A stretch of DNA of 64,000 nucleotides from Hydrogenophilus sp. GTDB taxonomy: Bacteria > Pseudomonadota > Gammaproteobacteria > Burkholderiales > Thiobacillaceae. Position numbers and translations under genes: made by a program. Of the stretch, positions 30,996-42,013 are shown piece after piece; within the stretch, counting starts at the first letter, position 1; each line of letters starts with the position of its first letter. The notes under the pieces are model-generated. The model searched no databases. It worked only from the letters and a program-made list of their open reading frames with translations, and was not told the DNA's origin. Location: positions 358-64,357 of the forward strand of contig JAIMKU010000003.1 in NCBI GenBank assembly GCA_020692235.1, in the 5' to 3' direction.

Positions 30996-31262
30996 ATGTC
31001 AGCAACCACCACCAATGAATCGTCGCGCATCAATTTGCGCACCAGCGCCGATACCAAAGCCATGATCGAGCGCGCCGCCGCGCTGATGGGGACGACCGTT
31101 TCCGGCTTCATGCTGCAGAACGCATACGAGGCGGCGCGGCGCGTGGTGTCGGACTACGACACCCTCATGCTCAGCCAGCGCGACTTTGAGGCATTCGCCG
31201 CCTCCATGGAAAAACCGCCCAAACCGAAAGCCGCATTGCGCAAACTCATGGCGCGCCGCTAA
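30996..31262 (+). CDS. DUF1778-family (TacA/AtaR-like) antitoxin
   Basis: 88 aa; SSRINLRTS...IERAAALMGTTVSGFML...LSQRDFEAFAASMEKPPKPKAALRKLM. Confidence 0.9.
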   Translation: MSATTTNESSRINLRTSADTKAMIERAAALMGTTVSGFMLQNAYEAARRVVSDYDTLMLSQRDFEAFAASMEKPPKPKAALRKLMARR

Positions 31263-31264
31263 AC

Positions 31265-31759
31265 GTGGCAGTCATCCAACTGCTCGGCAGGCAGCACAAC
31301 CGCAACGGGTTCGATTGCGGCGACGCGGCGCTGAACGATTTTTTGCAGCGCCAGGCAGGCCAGCAACAACGGCGCGGCTTCGGTAAAACCTATGTGGCAC
31401 TTGCCGATGATGGCGTAACCGTCATTGGCTTCGTCACAGTAAGCGCGGGCCAGATCGCCACGGCAGCGCTGCCCGCCCAGTCAAAGCTACCGCGCCACCC
31501 CGCCCCCATTTTGCGCATCGGTCGCCTGGCGGTGGATGCCCGCCATCAGGGCAAAGGCATCGGCCAAGACCTGCTGGCATTCGCATTGCGCCTGGCGGTG
31601 GAATTTTCGCAGCGCGTGGGGCTATATGCCGTTGTGGTCGATACCAAACACGAGAAGGCCAAAGCATTTTATGCCAAGCATGGATTCATCGCCTGCATGG
31701 ATAGTCCGCTGGCGCTGTATCTGCCGGTTGCCACGTTGGAGCAGGCTGCTGGGACTTAA
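31265..31759 (+). CDS. GNAT acetyltransferase toxin (TacT/AtaT-like)
   Basis: 164 aa; FDCGDAALNDFL, ILRIGRLAVDARHQGKGIG, VVVDTK...AFY.KHGF. Confidence 0.9.
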   Translation: MAVIQLLGRQHNRNGFDCGDAALNDFLQRQAGQQQRRGFGKTYVALADDGVTVIGFVTVSAGQIATAALPAQSKLPRHPAPILRIGRLAVDARHQGKGIGQDLLAFALRLAVEFSQRVGLYAVVVDTKHEKAKAFYAKHGFIACMDSPLALYLPVATLEQAAGT

Positions 31760-31800
31760 TTGAAGATGATGTGAATCGCTGGAGGACAAGAGGTGGAGTC

Positions 31801-32532
31801 TCAGCGGCCTACAGCCGCTTCCACCATCAGCCGTTTCATCTCCAGTACCGCGTTTTCCCAGCCCATGAAGAGGGCCTCGGCGACGATGGCGTGGCCGATA
31901 TTGAGTTCGGTCACGCCGGGGATGGCGGCAACGGCCTGGACGTTGTGGTAATTGAGGCCGTGGCCGGCGTTGACCTGTAGTCCCAAGGCCTGGCCTTGCT
32001 CGACGGCGGCGCGGATACGGGTCAGTTCCCGCGCCGCCCCGGCCTCGGTTGCGGCATCGGCGAAGCGGCCGGTGTGAATCTCCACCACTGGCGCGCCGAC
32101 GGTCCGCGCGGCGTGCAGTTGGGCCGGTTCCGGGTCGATGAACAACGACACCCGGATGCCGACCTCGGCAAACCGCCGGCAGGCATCGGTCATCCGCTCC
32201 TGTTGGCCGGCGACGTCGAGGCCGCCTTCGGTAGTCAATTCCAGGCGTTTTTCCGGCACCAGGCAGACGTCTTGCGGTTTGACCTGGAGGGCAATGGCGA
32301 CCATCTCTTCGGTGACCGCCATCTCCAGGTTCATCTTGGTGCGCAGGATGCCACGCAGGATGTGCACGTCGGCGTCCTGGATGTGGCGGCGATCTTCGCG
32401 CAGGTGCAGGGTAATGGAATCGGCACCGGCGCTCTCGGCCATCAGGGCGGCCTGGACCGGGCTGGGATAGCGGGTGCCGCGCGCCTGACGGAGCGTGGCG
32501 ACGTGGTCGATATTGACGCCCAATTTAATCAT
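31801..32532 (-). CDS. pdxJ: Pyridoxine 5'-phosphate synthase
   Basis: [31 protein letters not shown]. Confidence 0.97.
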   Translation of the reverse strand: MIKLGVNIDHVATLRQARGTRYPSPVQAALMAESAGADSITLHLREDRRHIQDADVHILRGILRTKMNLEMAVTEEMVAIALQVKPQDVCLVPEKRLELTTEGGLDVAGQQERMTDACRRFAEVGIRVSLFIDPEPAQLHAARTVGAPVVEIHTGRFADAATEAGAARELTRIRAAVEQGQALGLQVNAGHGLNYHNVQAVAAIPGVTELNIGHAIVAEALFMGWENAVLEMKRLMVEAAVGR

Positions 32533-32547
32533 GATGACTCGGTTTGA

Positions 32548-33255
32548 TCATATCTGTTGCAGGTCGATGAGCAGTTGACGGGTGAGCAGCGGTTTGTCGC
32601 TCAGGTAGTGGTTGATGAGTGCGCGCATGAGCAGTTTACCTTCGGCCAGGGTGCGCGGGTCGGAAAAATCCCCGGCGGCCAGGTCAAGCAGGGTCTTGCC
32701 GGCATAACCGGGACCGCCCTCGGTTACCACGACGCCGCGATCGAAGATGTAGCCATAACGCCGCTCCGGGCGCACCTCTTCGCCATCGACCAGGTGCGTC
32801 AGGGTCTGGGCATAGCCAAGCTCGGACAGCAGATCGAGTTCGAATCGGCGCAGTATGGCTTCGGCCTTATTTGCGCTAGCCAAGGCGGCCAGCGTCTCGG
32901 CATAGCGGTCGTACAAGCGTTCGTGTGGGTCGTCCAGCGGCAACAGCTTGAGCAGCAGTTCGTTGAGATAGAAACCGCACATCAGGGCACTGCCTTGCAA
33001 ACGCAGCTCGCCGCCCTGCCATTCGGCGGCGTGCAAGGTGCGCAGACTGCCCTTGCCAAACCATGACAGGAGCAGCGGCTGAAAACCGAGCAGGCGTGAT
33101 TTGATCGAGGACATGGGCCGCCGGGCGCCCCTCGCCACCAGGGCCAGGCGGCCGTGGTTACGGCTCAGGACCTCGACGATGAGACTGGTTTCCCGATAGT
33201 GCCGGGTATGGAGGATGAAGCCCGCTTCGTTATCGACCCGCTCGGCCATGTTCAT
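32548..33255 (-). CDS. recO: DNA repair protein RecO
   Basis: [25 protein letters not shown]; follows era. Confidence 0.95.
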   Translation of the reverse strand: MNMAERVDNEAGFILHTRHYRETSLIVEVLSRNHGRLALVARGARRPMSSIKSRLLGFQPLLLSWFGKGSLRTLHAAEWQGGELRLQGSALMCGFYLNELLLKLLPLDDPHERLYDRYAETLAALASANKAEAILRRFELDLLSELGYAQTLTHLVDGEEVRPERRYGYIFDRGVVVTEGGPGYAGKTLLDLAAGDFSDPRTLAEGKLLMRALINHYLSDKPLLTRQLLIDLQQI

Positions 33256-34142
33256 TCATGGCCGAGCGACTTGATTAACGCGGCGTTGTCGGCCCAGCCG
33301 CTTTTAACCTTGGCCCAACACTGCAGGAATACCTTGGCATCGAACAGCTTTTCCATGTCCTGGCGGGCCTCGGTGGAGATACGCTTGAGATGCTCGCCGC
33401 CCTTGCCCAGCAGGATGGGTTTGTGCGCGTCGCGATCAACCCAGATCACGGCGTGGATGCGGCGCAGACCGGAAGGTTCGGTCTCGTATTGCTCGATCTC
33501 GACGGCAATTCCATAGGGAATTTCGTCGCCGGTCAGGCGGAACACCTTCTCGCGCAATATCTCCGCCGACAGGAAGCGCTCGCTGCGATCGGTGATGGCG
33601 TCGGCCTCGAAAAACGGCTCGGACTCGGGCAGGTATTTGCCAACGATGCCGAGCAGCCGGTCGCCGTCCTTGCGGTCCACCGCCGCCATCGGCACGATCT
33701 CGGCGAAATCGAAGCGGGTCGCGGTTTCCCTGAGGAACGGCAGTAGCCGGGTCTTGTCGGCCAGAGTGTCGATCTTGTTGACGATCAGGATGACCGGCTT
33801 GTCCGCCGGCAACAGCTTCAATACCTTCTCATCGGCGGGGGTGAGGCGCATCGCTTCGATGAGGAACAGCACTGCATCGACCTCGGACAGCACGTTTTTG
33901 ACCACCCGGTTCATCGACTGATTGAGGGCATTGCGATGCTCGGTCTGGAAACCGGGGGTATCGACGAAGACGAACTGCGCGTCGCCTTCGGAGCGCACCC
34001 CGAGGATGCGGTGGCGGGTGGTCTGCGGTTTGCTGGAAACGATGCTGACCTTGGCCCCGACCAGATTATTGATGAGGGTGGATTTGCCGACGTTGGGCCG
34101 GCCGATGACTGCGATATAGCCGGCCCGTGAAATGCCGGTCAT
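33252..34142 (-). CDS. era: GTPase Era
   Basis: [19 protein letters not shown] domain. Confidence 0.97.
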   Translation of the reverse strand: MTGISRAGYIAVIGRPNVGKSTLINNLVGAKVSIVSSKPQTTRHRILGVRSEGDAQFVFVDTPGFQTEHRNALNQSMNRVVKNVLSEVDAVLFLIEAMRLTPADEKVLKLLPADKPVILIVNKIDTLADKTRLLPFLRETATRFDFAEIVPMAAVDRKDGDRLLGIVGKYLPESEPFFEADAITDRSERFLSAEILREKVFRLTGDEIPYGIAVEIEQYETEPSGLRRIHAVIWVDRDAHKPILLGKGGEHLKRISTEARQDMEKLFDAKVFLQCWAKVKSGWADNAALIKSLGHE

Positions 34143-34828
34143 GTCTGGCTCAATTTGCCGTAAGCGGCCTGGGCCGCCGCCTGCTCGGCCGCCTTGCGGC
34201 TGGCGCCTTCGCCTTCGGTGACCAGTTTCAGGACATCAATCCGGCAAGCGATATGGAAGGTCTGGACATGGGCCTGGCCGGATGTTCCCAGCAGTTCATA
34301 GCTCGGCAGACCGTGGCGACGCGATTGCAGCCACTCCTGGAGCAAGGTCTTGGCATCCTTGCCCTGGGTGTCCGGATCGACCATTTCGATCCGGCCATCG
34401 AACAGTTTGGCGACGACCGCCTTGGCGGCCGCGAAACCGCCATCCAGATAGATGGCGCCGAGTACCGATTCCAGGGCATCCGCCAGGATGGACGGCCGCT
34501 CTGCGCCGCCGCTCTTCTGCTCGCCCTCGCCCAGGCGCAGACGATGTCCCAGACCTAGGTCGCGGGCAATCTCGTAAAGCGGCTGCTGATTCACCAGATT
34601 GGCGCGCATACGCGAGAGATGGCCCTCCTGGAGTTGTGGAAAGCGCTCATAGAGCATGGTGCCGACCAGGCAATTGAGGATGCTGTCGCCAAGAAATTCA
34701 AGCCGCTCGTTGTTCACCGCACTGTAGCTGCGGTGGGTCAACGCCTGGGTCAACAGGCTGGCCCGGCCGAAGCTATAACCTAGCCGGGTCTCCAGGGTTT
34801 TCAACCCAGTTGCCGTCATGCCGGCCAC
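34139..34828 (-). CDS. rnc: Ribonuclease III
   Basis: [16 protein letters not shown], dsRBD. Confidence 0.97.
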   Translation of the reverse strand: MAGMTATGLKTLETRLGYSFGRASLLTQALTHRSYSAVNNERLEFLGDSILNCLVGTMLYERFPQLQEGHLSRMRANLVNQQPLYEIARDLGLGHRLRLGEGEQKSGGAERPSILADALESVLGAIYLDGGFAAAKAVVAKLFDGRIEMVDPDTQGKDAKTLLQEWLQSRRHGLPSYELLGTSGQAHVQTFHIACRIDVLKLVTEGEGASRKAAEQAAAQAAYGKLSQT

Positions 34829-35190
34829 TACTCTTTTATTCTGGTCGAGGCCATCGCTTCCAGGTCCACGCAGACACTGACGCCGCCAACCAGGTGTTCC
34901 TTGCGATTGATCGGCACCGTCAGGGTCAACACGCCCTTGTCGCGTTCGATTACCAAATCCCGGGCGCTGATATCCTGGATGAAATTGACGTTGAGCCGCG
35001 CATCCAGGGTCTCGCGCAGGTCCGAGTCGGTCTGATCCGAGCCGGCAATCAGTATGTTTTCCAGCGTGTGTTTGACAGTGAAGTAATCGATATACGCCGG
35101 CACGATCTTGAAGCTAACCATGGCGGCGCTGGCCGCCAGCGCCAGCAGAAGCAGCAGGCCGATCAAGGTCAATCCGCGTTCTTGGTTCAT
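34828..35190 (-). CDS. DUF4845-family protein
   Basis: QERGLTLIG pilin-like start; conserved lepB-rnc position. Confidence 0.8.
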   Translation of the reverse strand: MNQERGLTLIGLLLLLALAASAAMVSFKIVPAYIDYFTVKHTLENILIAGSDQTDSDLRETLDARLNVNFIQDISARDLVIERDKGVLTLTVPINRKEHLVGGVSVCVDLEAMASTRIKE

Positions 35191-35198
35191 GTTGCCTC

Positions 35199-36005
35199 CT
35201 ATTTGATGAAGTGGCCTATACGGTTGAATTCACCAAAATTCCACCAGATCATGAATGCCTTGCCGACGATGTTGCGATCCGGCACGAAACCCCAATAGCG
35301 CGAATCGTTACTGGCATCGCGGTTGTCGCCCATCATGAAGTAGTGGCCTTCCGGCACCTTGCACCTGAAGCCCTGCTCATTGTAGGTGCAGTTGACCCGG
35401 TAGGGAAAATCGCCGCCCACCTGATACAGGATGACCGACGGCATATCGGCCTGGGTCATGGCGATGTGGTCGTGCTCACCCAGGCGCTCGTGCCAGGTCT
35501 GGCCAGTGATGTAGTTGAGGCCGCTGGCGACATAGCCGTAATCGCCCGCCTTGGTCGTCGCCACCGGCACGCCGTTGACGGTCAAGCGCTTATCCTTGTA
35601 TTCGACAATGTCGCCGGGCAGGCCGACCGTGCGCTTGATGTAATCCAGGCTGGGGTCGTTCGGATAGCGGAACACCATGACATCGCCGCGCTTGGGTTGG
35701 CCGACTTCAATGGCCTTCAGATTGACGATCGGCAAACGAACGCCATAGGCGTACTTGTTGACCAGGATGAAATCGCCGATCCGCAGGGTGGGCAACATGG
35801 AGCCGGATGGAATCTTGAACGGCTCAAACAGGAATGAGCGGATCAGGAACACCGCCAGTATGACCGGGAAGAAGCTCTTCGCGTAATCCACCAGCATGGG
35901 TAGTTTGGCGTCCTTGGCTCGGGTCCTGCCCGTGGTTAGGGCATCGATCAGCCAAATGACGCCGGCGATGACCAGGGCAACGAACAGTATCAACTCGAAG
36001 TTCAT
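35199..36005 (-). CDS. lepB: Signal peptidase I
   Basis: IPSGSM, YIKR, GDNRDASNDSRYWG. Confidence 0.96.
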   Translation of the reverse strand: MNFELILFVALVIAGVIWLIDALTTGRTRAKDAKLPMLVDYAKSFFPVILAVFLIRSFLFEPFKIPSGSMLPTLRIGDFILVNKYAYGVRLPIVNLKAIEVGQPKRGDVMVFRYPNDPSLDYIKRTVGLPGDIVEYKDKRLTVNGVPVATTKAGDYGYVASGLNYITGQTWHERLGEHDHIAMTQADMPSVILYQVGGDFPYRVNCTYNEQGFRCKVPEGHYFMMGDNRDASNDSRYWGFVPDRNIVGKAFMIWWNFGEFNRIGHFIK

Positions 36006-37801
36006 TATTTATCTCCAACTTGCAGAATAGCCAGAAAGGCCTCCTGCGGGATTTCTACATTACCGACCTGTTTCATGCGCTTCTTGCCTTCTTTCTGCTT
36101 TTCCAGCAGTTTCTTCTTGCGGGTAATGTCGCCGCCGTAACACTTGGCCAGCACATTCTTGCGCAGGGCCTTGACCGTCTCGCGGGCGATGATGTGGGCG
36201 CCGATGGCCGCCTGCACCGCCACGTCGAACATCTGCCGGGGGATCAGTTCGCGCATCTTGGCGACCAGTTCTCGGCCGCGATACTGCGAGGTCGAACGGT
36301 GCACAATCAACGACAGGGCATCGACCTTCTCGCCGTTGACCAGGACGTCCAGCTTGACCAGATCGTCGGCGCGGAACGCCTTGAATTCATAATCGAGCGA
36401 GGCATAGCCCCGGCTGGTGGACTTCAGACGGTCGAAGAAATCCATCACCACTTCATTGAGCGGCAGGTCGTACTTGAGCATGACCTGATGACCCAGGTAT
36501 TTCATGTCCACCTGAGCGCCCCGTTTCTGATTGCACAGGGTCATCACCTTGCCCAGGTATTCCTCCGGCACCAGGATGGTGGCGGTGATGATGGGCTCGC
36601 GCACCTCTTCCATCTTGGACGGGTCGGGCAATTTGGAGGGGTTCTCCAGGAGGACCACGCTGCCGTCCTTTATGACCACTTCGTATTCGACCGTGGGCGC
36701 CGTGGTGATAAGGTTCTGGCCGTATTCGCGCTCCAGGCGTTCCTGGACGATGTCCATGTGCAACAGCCCCAGAAAACCACACCGAAAACCGAAGCCGAGC
36801 GCCTGCGAGGTTTCCGGTTCGAAGTGCAGGCTGGCGTCGTTCAGTTGCAGCTTGGTCAGGGCGCCGCGCAACTGGTCGTACTCGTGCGAGTCCACTGGAT
36901 ACAGCCCGGCGAACACCTGCGACTTGAGCTCCTTGAAACCGGGCAGCGCCTTGGCGGCCGGGTTCGCAACCGTGGTAATGGTGTCGCCCACCTTGGCGCT
37001 GACCAGTTCCTTGATGCCGGCAGTAACGAAGCCAACCTGGCCGGCCGACAGTTGGTCCCTGGCGACCGACTTGGGCGTGAACACGCCAACCTGCTCGCAC
37101 AAGTGCTCAGCCCCAGTGGCCATGAAGCGTATCTTGTCCTTGGGCCGGAGCACACCATCGACCACCCGCACCAGCATCACCACACCGACATAGTTATCGA
37201 ACCAGGAATCGGTAATCAACGCCTTGAGCGGCGCGTCGGGGTCACCCACCGGCGGCGGGATGCGCGCCACCACGGCCTCCAGCACGTCCTCGATCCCCAG
37301 CCCGGTCTTGGCCGAACAGCGTACCGCATCGTCGGCCGGGATGCCGATGATGTCCTCGATCTCCTGGATCACCCGTTCCGGCTCCGCCGAGGGCAGGTCG
37401 ATCTTGTTCAAGACCGGCACCACCTCGACGCCCAGATCGATGGCGGTGTAGCAGTTGGCCACCGTCTGGGCCTCAACACCCTGAGACGCGTCGACCACCA
37501 ACAGCGCACCCTCGCAGGCCGACAGCGAGCGCGACACCTCGTAGGAGAAATCGACATGGCCCGGGGTATCGATCAAGTTGAACTGATATTCCTGGCCATC
37601 TTTCGCCCAATAACGCAAGGCCGCGGTCTGCGCCTTGATGGTGATGCCGCGCTCCCGCTCCAGGTCCATCGAATCGAGCACCTGCGCCTCCATCTCGCGA
37701 TCCGACAGGCCACCGCAAAGGTGAATGATGCGGTCGGCCAACGTCGATTTGCCGTGGTCAATGTGGGCGATGATGGAAAAGTTGCGGATATGCTGTATCA
37801 A
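36005..37801 (-). CDS. lepA: Elongation factor 4
   Basis: [30 protein letters not shown]; TTG start. Confidence 0.97.
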   Translation of the reverse strand: MIQHIRNFSIIAHIDHGKSTLADRIIHLCGGLSDREMEAQVLDSMDLERERGITIKAQTAALRYWAKDGQEYQFNLIDTPGHVDFSYEVSRSLSACEGALLVVDASQGVEAQTVANCYTAIDLGVEVVPVLNKIDLPSAEPERVIQEIEDIIGIPADDAVRCSAKTGLGIEDVLEAVVARIPPPVGDPDAPLKALITDSWFDNYVGVVMLVRVVDGVLRPKDKIRFMATGAEHLCEQVGVFTPKSVARDQLSAGQVGFVTAGIKELVSAKVGDTITTVANPAAKALPGFKELKSQVFAGLYPVDSHEYDQLRGALTKLQLNDASLHFEPETSQALGFGFRCGFLGLLHMDIVQERLEREYGQNLITTAPTVEYEVVIKDGSVVLLENPSKLPDPSKMEEVREPIITATILVPEEYLGKVMTLCNQKRGAQVDMKYLGHQVMLKYDLPLNEVVMDFFDRLKSTSRGYASLDYEFKAFRADDLVKLDVLVNGEKVDALSLIVHRSTSQYRGRELVAKMRELIPRQMFDVAVQAAIGAHIIARETVKALRKNVLAKCYGGDITRKKKLLEKQKEGKKRMKQVGNVEIPQEAFLAILQVGDK

Positions 37802-38103
37802 AGGCGGGTCGGGTTCGTGTCAGGGGCGCCATTCTACCCGAAGCAGGCGGCAAGCCCCGTTTTGCCGCTCCTTATCCGCCCCAGCCTCCGACCCGTCGAG
37901 GATCAGAGTTCGCGCCGAGCCGCCGCATCGCGTATGGCAGCGGCATGGTTGCTCCCTGCACGGCAGAGCAACACCGCCAGGCGGCGCGCCAAACGTGCAA
38001 TCGGGTGCGTAGTGGGCTCAGCCACCCGGTGAGAGCCCCCGAAGGCAGCAAACCCAGCCGGCATCAGGGTTTCCCATGGCAAACCAGCGGTCAACTGCGG
38101 TTT

Positions 38104-38271
38104 CTAGGAGCCTGTCGGACTTGAAGAATCGAAGCGCGAAATCGTCCGAACGAGGACAGATTTCGACGATTTCGCTGGGCAATAGTCGTTCTATTACCCA
38201 AGAAAGCGGCGGAATATGGGCCGTTCCGACGGTTTTGCAGCCGATTTCCTTTAAGTCCGACAGGCTCCTAG
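38104..38271. mobile_element. MITE-like non-coding element 1 (168 bp including the CTAG ends)
   Basis: Perfect 19-bp terminal inverted repeat CTAGGAGCCTGTCGGACTT / AAGTCCGACAGGCTCCTAG, internal hairpins, no transposase. Confidence 0.75.
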
Positions 38272-38326
38272 GATTATTCCCCAATGCCCGACAAAACATT
38301 CATGGGCTGCCTTGCGCACGTCTGCC

Positions 38327-38593
38327 TCAGTCCCTTGAAACGACACCAGGCCATGGATTCGCACCGAATCTGACCATGAGCTGCGCATCGTCGAGGAAAT
38401 AATGACAGATTTCCAGCCCATCCAGCGCCAGGACAGGGAGTAAACGGCCGTAACGCTCGGCCAGTTCCCCCTCCCATCCGACTTCGATTTCCCTGACGAC
38501 GAAATCCAGCTTGCCATGCAGGGATGCCAACCCGGCCCGCATCTCGTCGCAGAGATGACAGCCGGGTCGGGTGTAGAGAACGAGTCCCTTCAA
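38327..38593 (-). CDS. Glutaredoxin-like (DUF836) protein
   Basis: LYTRPGCHLCDEM...YGRLLPVL...EICHYFLD. Start placed at the TTG at 38593. Confidence 0.85.
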   Translation of the reverse strand: MKGLVLYTRPGCHLCDEMRAGLASLHGKLDFVVREIEVGWEGELAERYGRLLPVLALDGLEICHYFLDDAQLMVRFGANPWPGVVSRD

Positions 38594-38639
38594 GCGCTGC
38601 GCCGCGCCATCATCGCGCGCCTTGATGGCCAATCCGTGC

Positions 38640-40001
38640 TCAATCGAGGCGCAGCGGCACGTAGCTGGAGTAGTCGCCGCGTTTAACCAGCAGCGCCACG
38701 GTCTTGCGGCCCTTGACGTCGAGGGCGCCGGCCAATTCTTTGGCATCGTTCACCGCGACATTGCCGACCGCCATGATGATGTCGCCTGGCTGGATGCCGG
38801 CCCGCGCGGCCAGGCCGGTAGCCTCCTCAACCAGTACCCCGGACTCAATGCCCAACTGTTTTTTATGTTCCGGCCTGAGCGGGCTGACGGTGAGACCGGC
38901 CATATTGGATTGGGCATTGTTTACGCCGGCCGTCTTGCTGCTGGCCATTTCACCGACCTGCGCGGTGAGTTCGCGCGTCGCGCCCTTGCGCCAGACGGTT
39001 ATCCGCGCCTTGCTACCTGGCTTGGAGGCACCGACCAGGCGGGGCAGGTCGAATGAGGTATCGATCGGCTTGCCGTCGTACTCGATGATGATGTCCGACT
39101 GTTTGATGCCAGCCTTGTCGGCCGGGCTGTCCGGCTCGACCTCGGTCACCAGGGCGCCGGACGTTTTTTTCAGGCCGAACGATTCCGCCAGATCGGCGTT
39201 GATCTCCTGGATCGATACTCCGAGACGACCGCGACTGACCTTGCCGTCGGCCTTGATCTGGTTCGCCACATTCATGGCCACGTTGATGGGGATGGCAAAG
39301 GACAGGCCCATATAGCCGCCTGAACGGGAAACGATCTGGGAATTGATGCCCACCACCTCGCCGCGCATATTGAGCAGCGGCCCGCCGGAGTTGCCGGGAT
39401 TGACCGCTGCGTCGGTCTGGATGAATGGTACATAGTTTTCCTGGGGCAGCGACCGACCCTTGGCCGAGACGATGCCGGCGGTAACCGAATTCTCGAAGCC
39501 GAACGGCTCGCCGATCGCCAGCACCCACTCACCGACCTTCAACTGGCTGGGGTCGCCGATGCTGACCGGAGTCAGATTATCGGCGTTGATCTTGATCAGT
39601 GCGACATCGGTCGTTTTATCACTGCCAATAACCTTGGCCTGGAATTTGCGCCGGTCGTTCAGCTTGACCGTCACCTCGTCGGCGTCCGCCACCACATGAG
39701 CGTTGGTCAGGACGTAGCCATCCGCGCTGACGATAAAGCCAGAACCCTGACCGCGTTTGGGCATCCCGCGGCCATAGTCAGGGGTGGGCATCTCAGGTAT
39801 GCCGAAATGCTTGAAATACTGACGCATCTCGTTCGGCATCTGGGTTCCTGGCGCAGGTTTGCCGTCGATAACCGTGGTGATATTGACCACGGAGGGGGTG
39901 CTCTTCGCCACCAGGTCGGTAAAGTCGACCGGCGCCGCGCCTTGCGCGAACGCCATGACACTCATCGTCAATGCCAGCCATGCAACAAACGATCTAATCA
40001 T
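38640..40001 (-). CDS. mucD: Do/DegP-family periplasmic serine protease (MucD)
   Basis: GSGFIV, LTNAHVV, TDVAL, NPGNSGGPL, two PDZ domains. Confidence 0.93.
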   Translation of the reverse strand: MIRSFVAWLALTMSVMAFAQGAAPVDFTDLVAKSTPSVVNITTVIDGKPAPGTQMPNEMRQYFKHFGIPEMPTPDYGRGMPKRGQGSGFIVSADGYVLTNAHVVADADEVTVKLNDRRKFQAKVIGSDKTTDVALIKINADNLTPVSIGDPSQLKVGEWVLAIGEPFGFENSVTAGIVSAKGRSLPQENYVPFIQTDAAVNPGNSGGPLLNMRGEVVGINSQIVSRSGGYMGLSFAIPINVAMNVANQIKADGKVSRGRLGVSIQEINADLAESFGLKKTSGALVTEVEPDSPADKAGIKQSDIIIEYDGKPIDTSFDLPRLVGASKPGSKARITVWRKGATRELTAQVGEMASSKTAGVNNAQSNMAGLTVSPLRPEHKKQLGIESGVLVEEATGLAARAGIQPGDIIMAVGNVAVNDAKELAGALDVKGRKTVALLVKRGDYSSYVPLRLD

Positions 40002-40084
40002 GTTTCACCTCTTGCGAATGACCTAATCACAATTTTTGGGGCCGACCAAACCACCGCCGCCGACAACAGCAACCGGGGGCCTGT

Positions 40085-40513
40085 CTATGCTCGATGAGAC
40101 GAGCAATGCGCCTCGCCCCGGCGAAGGATGACCGGGGCGGTTTCGCTCCGACGCTGTTTCAGCCAGAACGCCGCGATCAGCAGGCCGGTCAGACTACCGG
40201 CGATGGCCTGAATCTCGCCCCAGACCGAGCCCAACAAGGCGCCGGCAAAGAGCAGGACAAGCGGTACCAGGTAGCCAAATAGCACCGCGCGATAGACTGC
40301 GCCATCCTCGATACCGATCACTACGGCCTCACCTACCTGAGCGCCGATTGGATTCAAAACCGGGTATTCGGGTTCCCTGGGATGCAGCAAACGGGCATAG
40401 AGCGAATTGCCGCAGCCCTTGCCGGCACAGGCGCCGCAGGATGATGGACTCTCTGAGCGAACCCAGGCCAGATCGGCCGAGACGCGCATCACACGGGCGG
40501 GATTTTCAATCAT
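40085..40513 (-). CDS. rseC: RseC/MucC-family protein
   Basis: SSCGACAGKGCG, two C-terminal TM helices, operon position. Confidence 0.88.
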   Translation of the reverse strand: MIENPARVMRVSADLAWVRSESPSSCGACAGKGCGNSLYARLLHPREPEYPVLNPIGAQVGEAVVIGIEDGAVYRAVLFGYLVPLVLLFAGALLGSVWGEIQAIAGSLTGLLIAAFWLKQRRSETAPVILRRGEAHCSSHRA

Positions 40514-40518
40514 GACGA

Positions 40519-41451
40519 CTAGCGCAGGTCGAGATTCCCGGCGACGAAGTTCACCGCCGGCGAGGGCGCGTCACCGACGACGGTGACCTGATAGTTGCCC
40601 AGCTTGCGGGTCAGTAGGTTCATCAGACCACGCGTGCTTTGGCCCTTGACGCTAACCATACGCTCTGGCGCCGGCTCTACAAACATGGAAATATGGCTCA
40701 GGCCGTCGCTGAATATCCAGTGTTCGACCTCGGCATCGCGGTTGGGCAAGCGGCGTTTAACTGCGGCCAATTGGCTGTAACCGGGCGGCAATTGCTTGAC
40801 CGTGATAGGACTATTCTCAACCGGGTGGAGGTCTTCCACGGACGACATCGAAGGCATGGCTACGGCGGCACGACTGGTCACGCCCTGGCGCACCTTGACA
40901 AAGGCGTATTGCAACAACGGTCGATCGTGGTCACCGACCATCACCGCCTTGAGCGGCAGACCGGTATATTGTTCGGCGCACAACCGATACCCCCAACGGT
41001 ATTGATCCTTGGGCACCATATCGACGAGTTGGCAGTTCTGGCCAGCCACCCGGATGGTTTTACCTAGACGGAGACTGTAGAAACCGACCAGCTTGACGAC
41101 GTTTCCCGGCAACAGATCAGGGAAATGCCGACTACCCATGCGTCGTTCCGCCTGCCAGCCTTTCGCCCCCCAGGCCAGGGTCACCGATTCGGTCCGGCTG
41201 CAACGCACCTCGCGGGGTTGGCCGTCGAGGACCACCAGACGGCTTTCGTTGGCGAGGCCGTTCGGGCGATTTTCCACCTGCACGGTCTGCATCCGGTCGC
41301 CCATCTGCATCACGAAGATGCCTTCATACGGCAGCTTGCGCGAGGCATCGGACATGCGTTTCAACCACGAAATCGCCTCTGAATCGGGGATCGCGCTATC
41401 GGCCCAGGCCGGCGCAACCATGATCGCCGCTAAACAGAACAGCCATTTCAT
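40519..41451 (-). CDS. rseB: RseB/MucB periplasmic regulator
   Basis: WLKRM, LPYEGIF, DQYRWGY, SDGLSHISMFVEP. Confidence 0.9.
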   Translation of the reverse strand: MKWLFCLAAIMVAPAWADSAIPDSEAISWLKRMSDASRKLPYEGIFVMQMGDRMQTVQVENRPNGLANESRLVVLDGQPREVRCSRTESVTLAWGAKGWQAERRMGSRHFPDLLPGNVVKLVGFYSLRLGKTIRVAGQNCQLVDMVPKDQYRWGYRLCAEQYTGLPLKAVMVGDHDRPLLQYAFVKVRQGVTSRAAVAMPSMSSVEDLHPVENSPITVKQLPPGYSQLAAVKRRLPNRDAEVEHWIFSDGLSHISMFVEPAPERMVSVKGQSTRGLMNLLTRKLGNYQVTVVGDAPSPAVNFVAGNLDLR

Positions 41452-42011
41452 CGAGCGTCACCGGACAGTGAAACCGGGGTGATGTGCATATCCGGCGCGC
41501 CGGCCACCGTGAATGCATAATCCTGATGCGCCGCCAGGTAAGGCGCCACCTCGTTCGCCGCCACATCCTGGGCCGCTGTCGGCCGAACCGGCTCATCGCC
41601 AACCACCTGGGGCATGTTCGGCGAACCGTTAACGGCAACCGGCACACCGGGGTTATTCGGCGCCATGCTCACGACGGTCCAGGCGATGACCACCACGGCA
41701 GCGGCCGCGGCCACCCAGTAGGCCGGCTGTCGATGCGATTTCGTCAGTGGCGCCAGAACCGTCGGCTCGGCCGCCAGGGCAGCCTTGACGCGCCGATCCA
41801 GTTTGGTCGTGTCCTGGACACAGCCTAGCAGCGCGTCGCCAATCAGGCCATATTCAGACCAACTCCGCTGGGCGCCCGCGTCCTTGCCCACCCGGGCAAT
41901 CGCCCGGCCGGCCTCATCATCGTCCAACTCGCCGTCCATCAGGGCTGAGAGCCAGGCGTCCGCCGCCGCGTCCTGGGGCTGCGCCCACTTGTGTGCTTGT
42001 GCCGTTGTCAT
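41448..42011 (-). CDS. rseA: Anti-sigma-E factor RseA
   Basis: LSALMDGEL, WSEYGLIGDAL, one TM helix, YLAAHQ. Confidence 0.88.
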   Translation of the reverse strand: MTTAQAHKWAQPQDAAADAWLSALMDGELDDDEAGRAIARVGKDAGAQRSWSEYGLIGDALLGCVQDTTKLDRRVKAALAAEPTVLAPLTKSHRQPAYWVAAAAAVVVIAWTVVSMAPNNPGVPVAVNGSPNMPQVVGDEPVRPTAAQDVAANEVAPYLAAHQDYAFTVAGAPDMHITPVSLSGDAR

Positions 42012-42013
42012 TA

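Noticed and set aside
19221-37193. Long antisense ORFs (e.g. 19221-20621, 26044-27396, 36020-38032)
   Set aside because: Shadow frames of well-supported GC-rich genes, with no motifs of their own. The same applies to 53240-55327 opposite aprA.
37903-38402. Short ORFs 37903-38094, 38018-38299 and 38076-38402
   Set aside because: They overlap the MITE or intergenic DNA and have no recognisable motifs.
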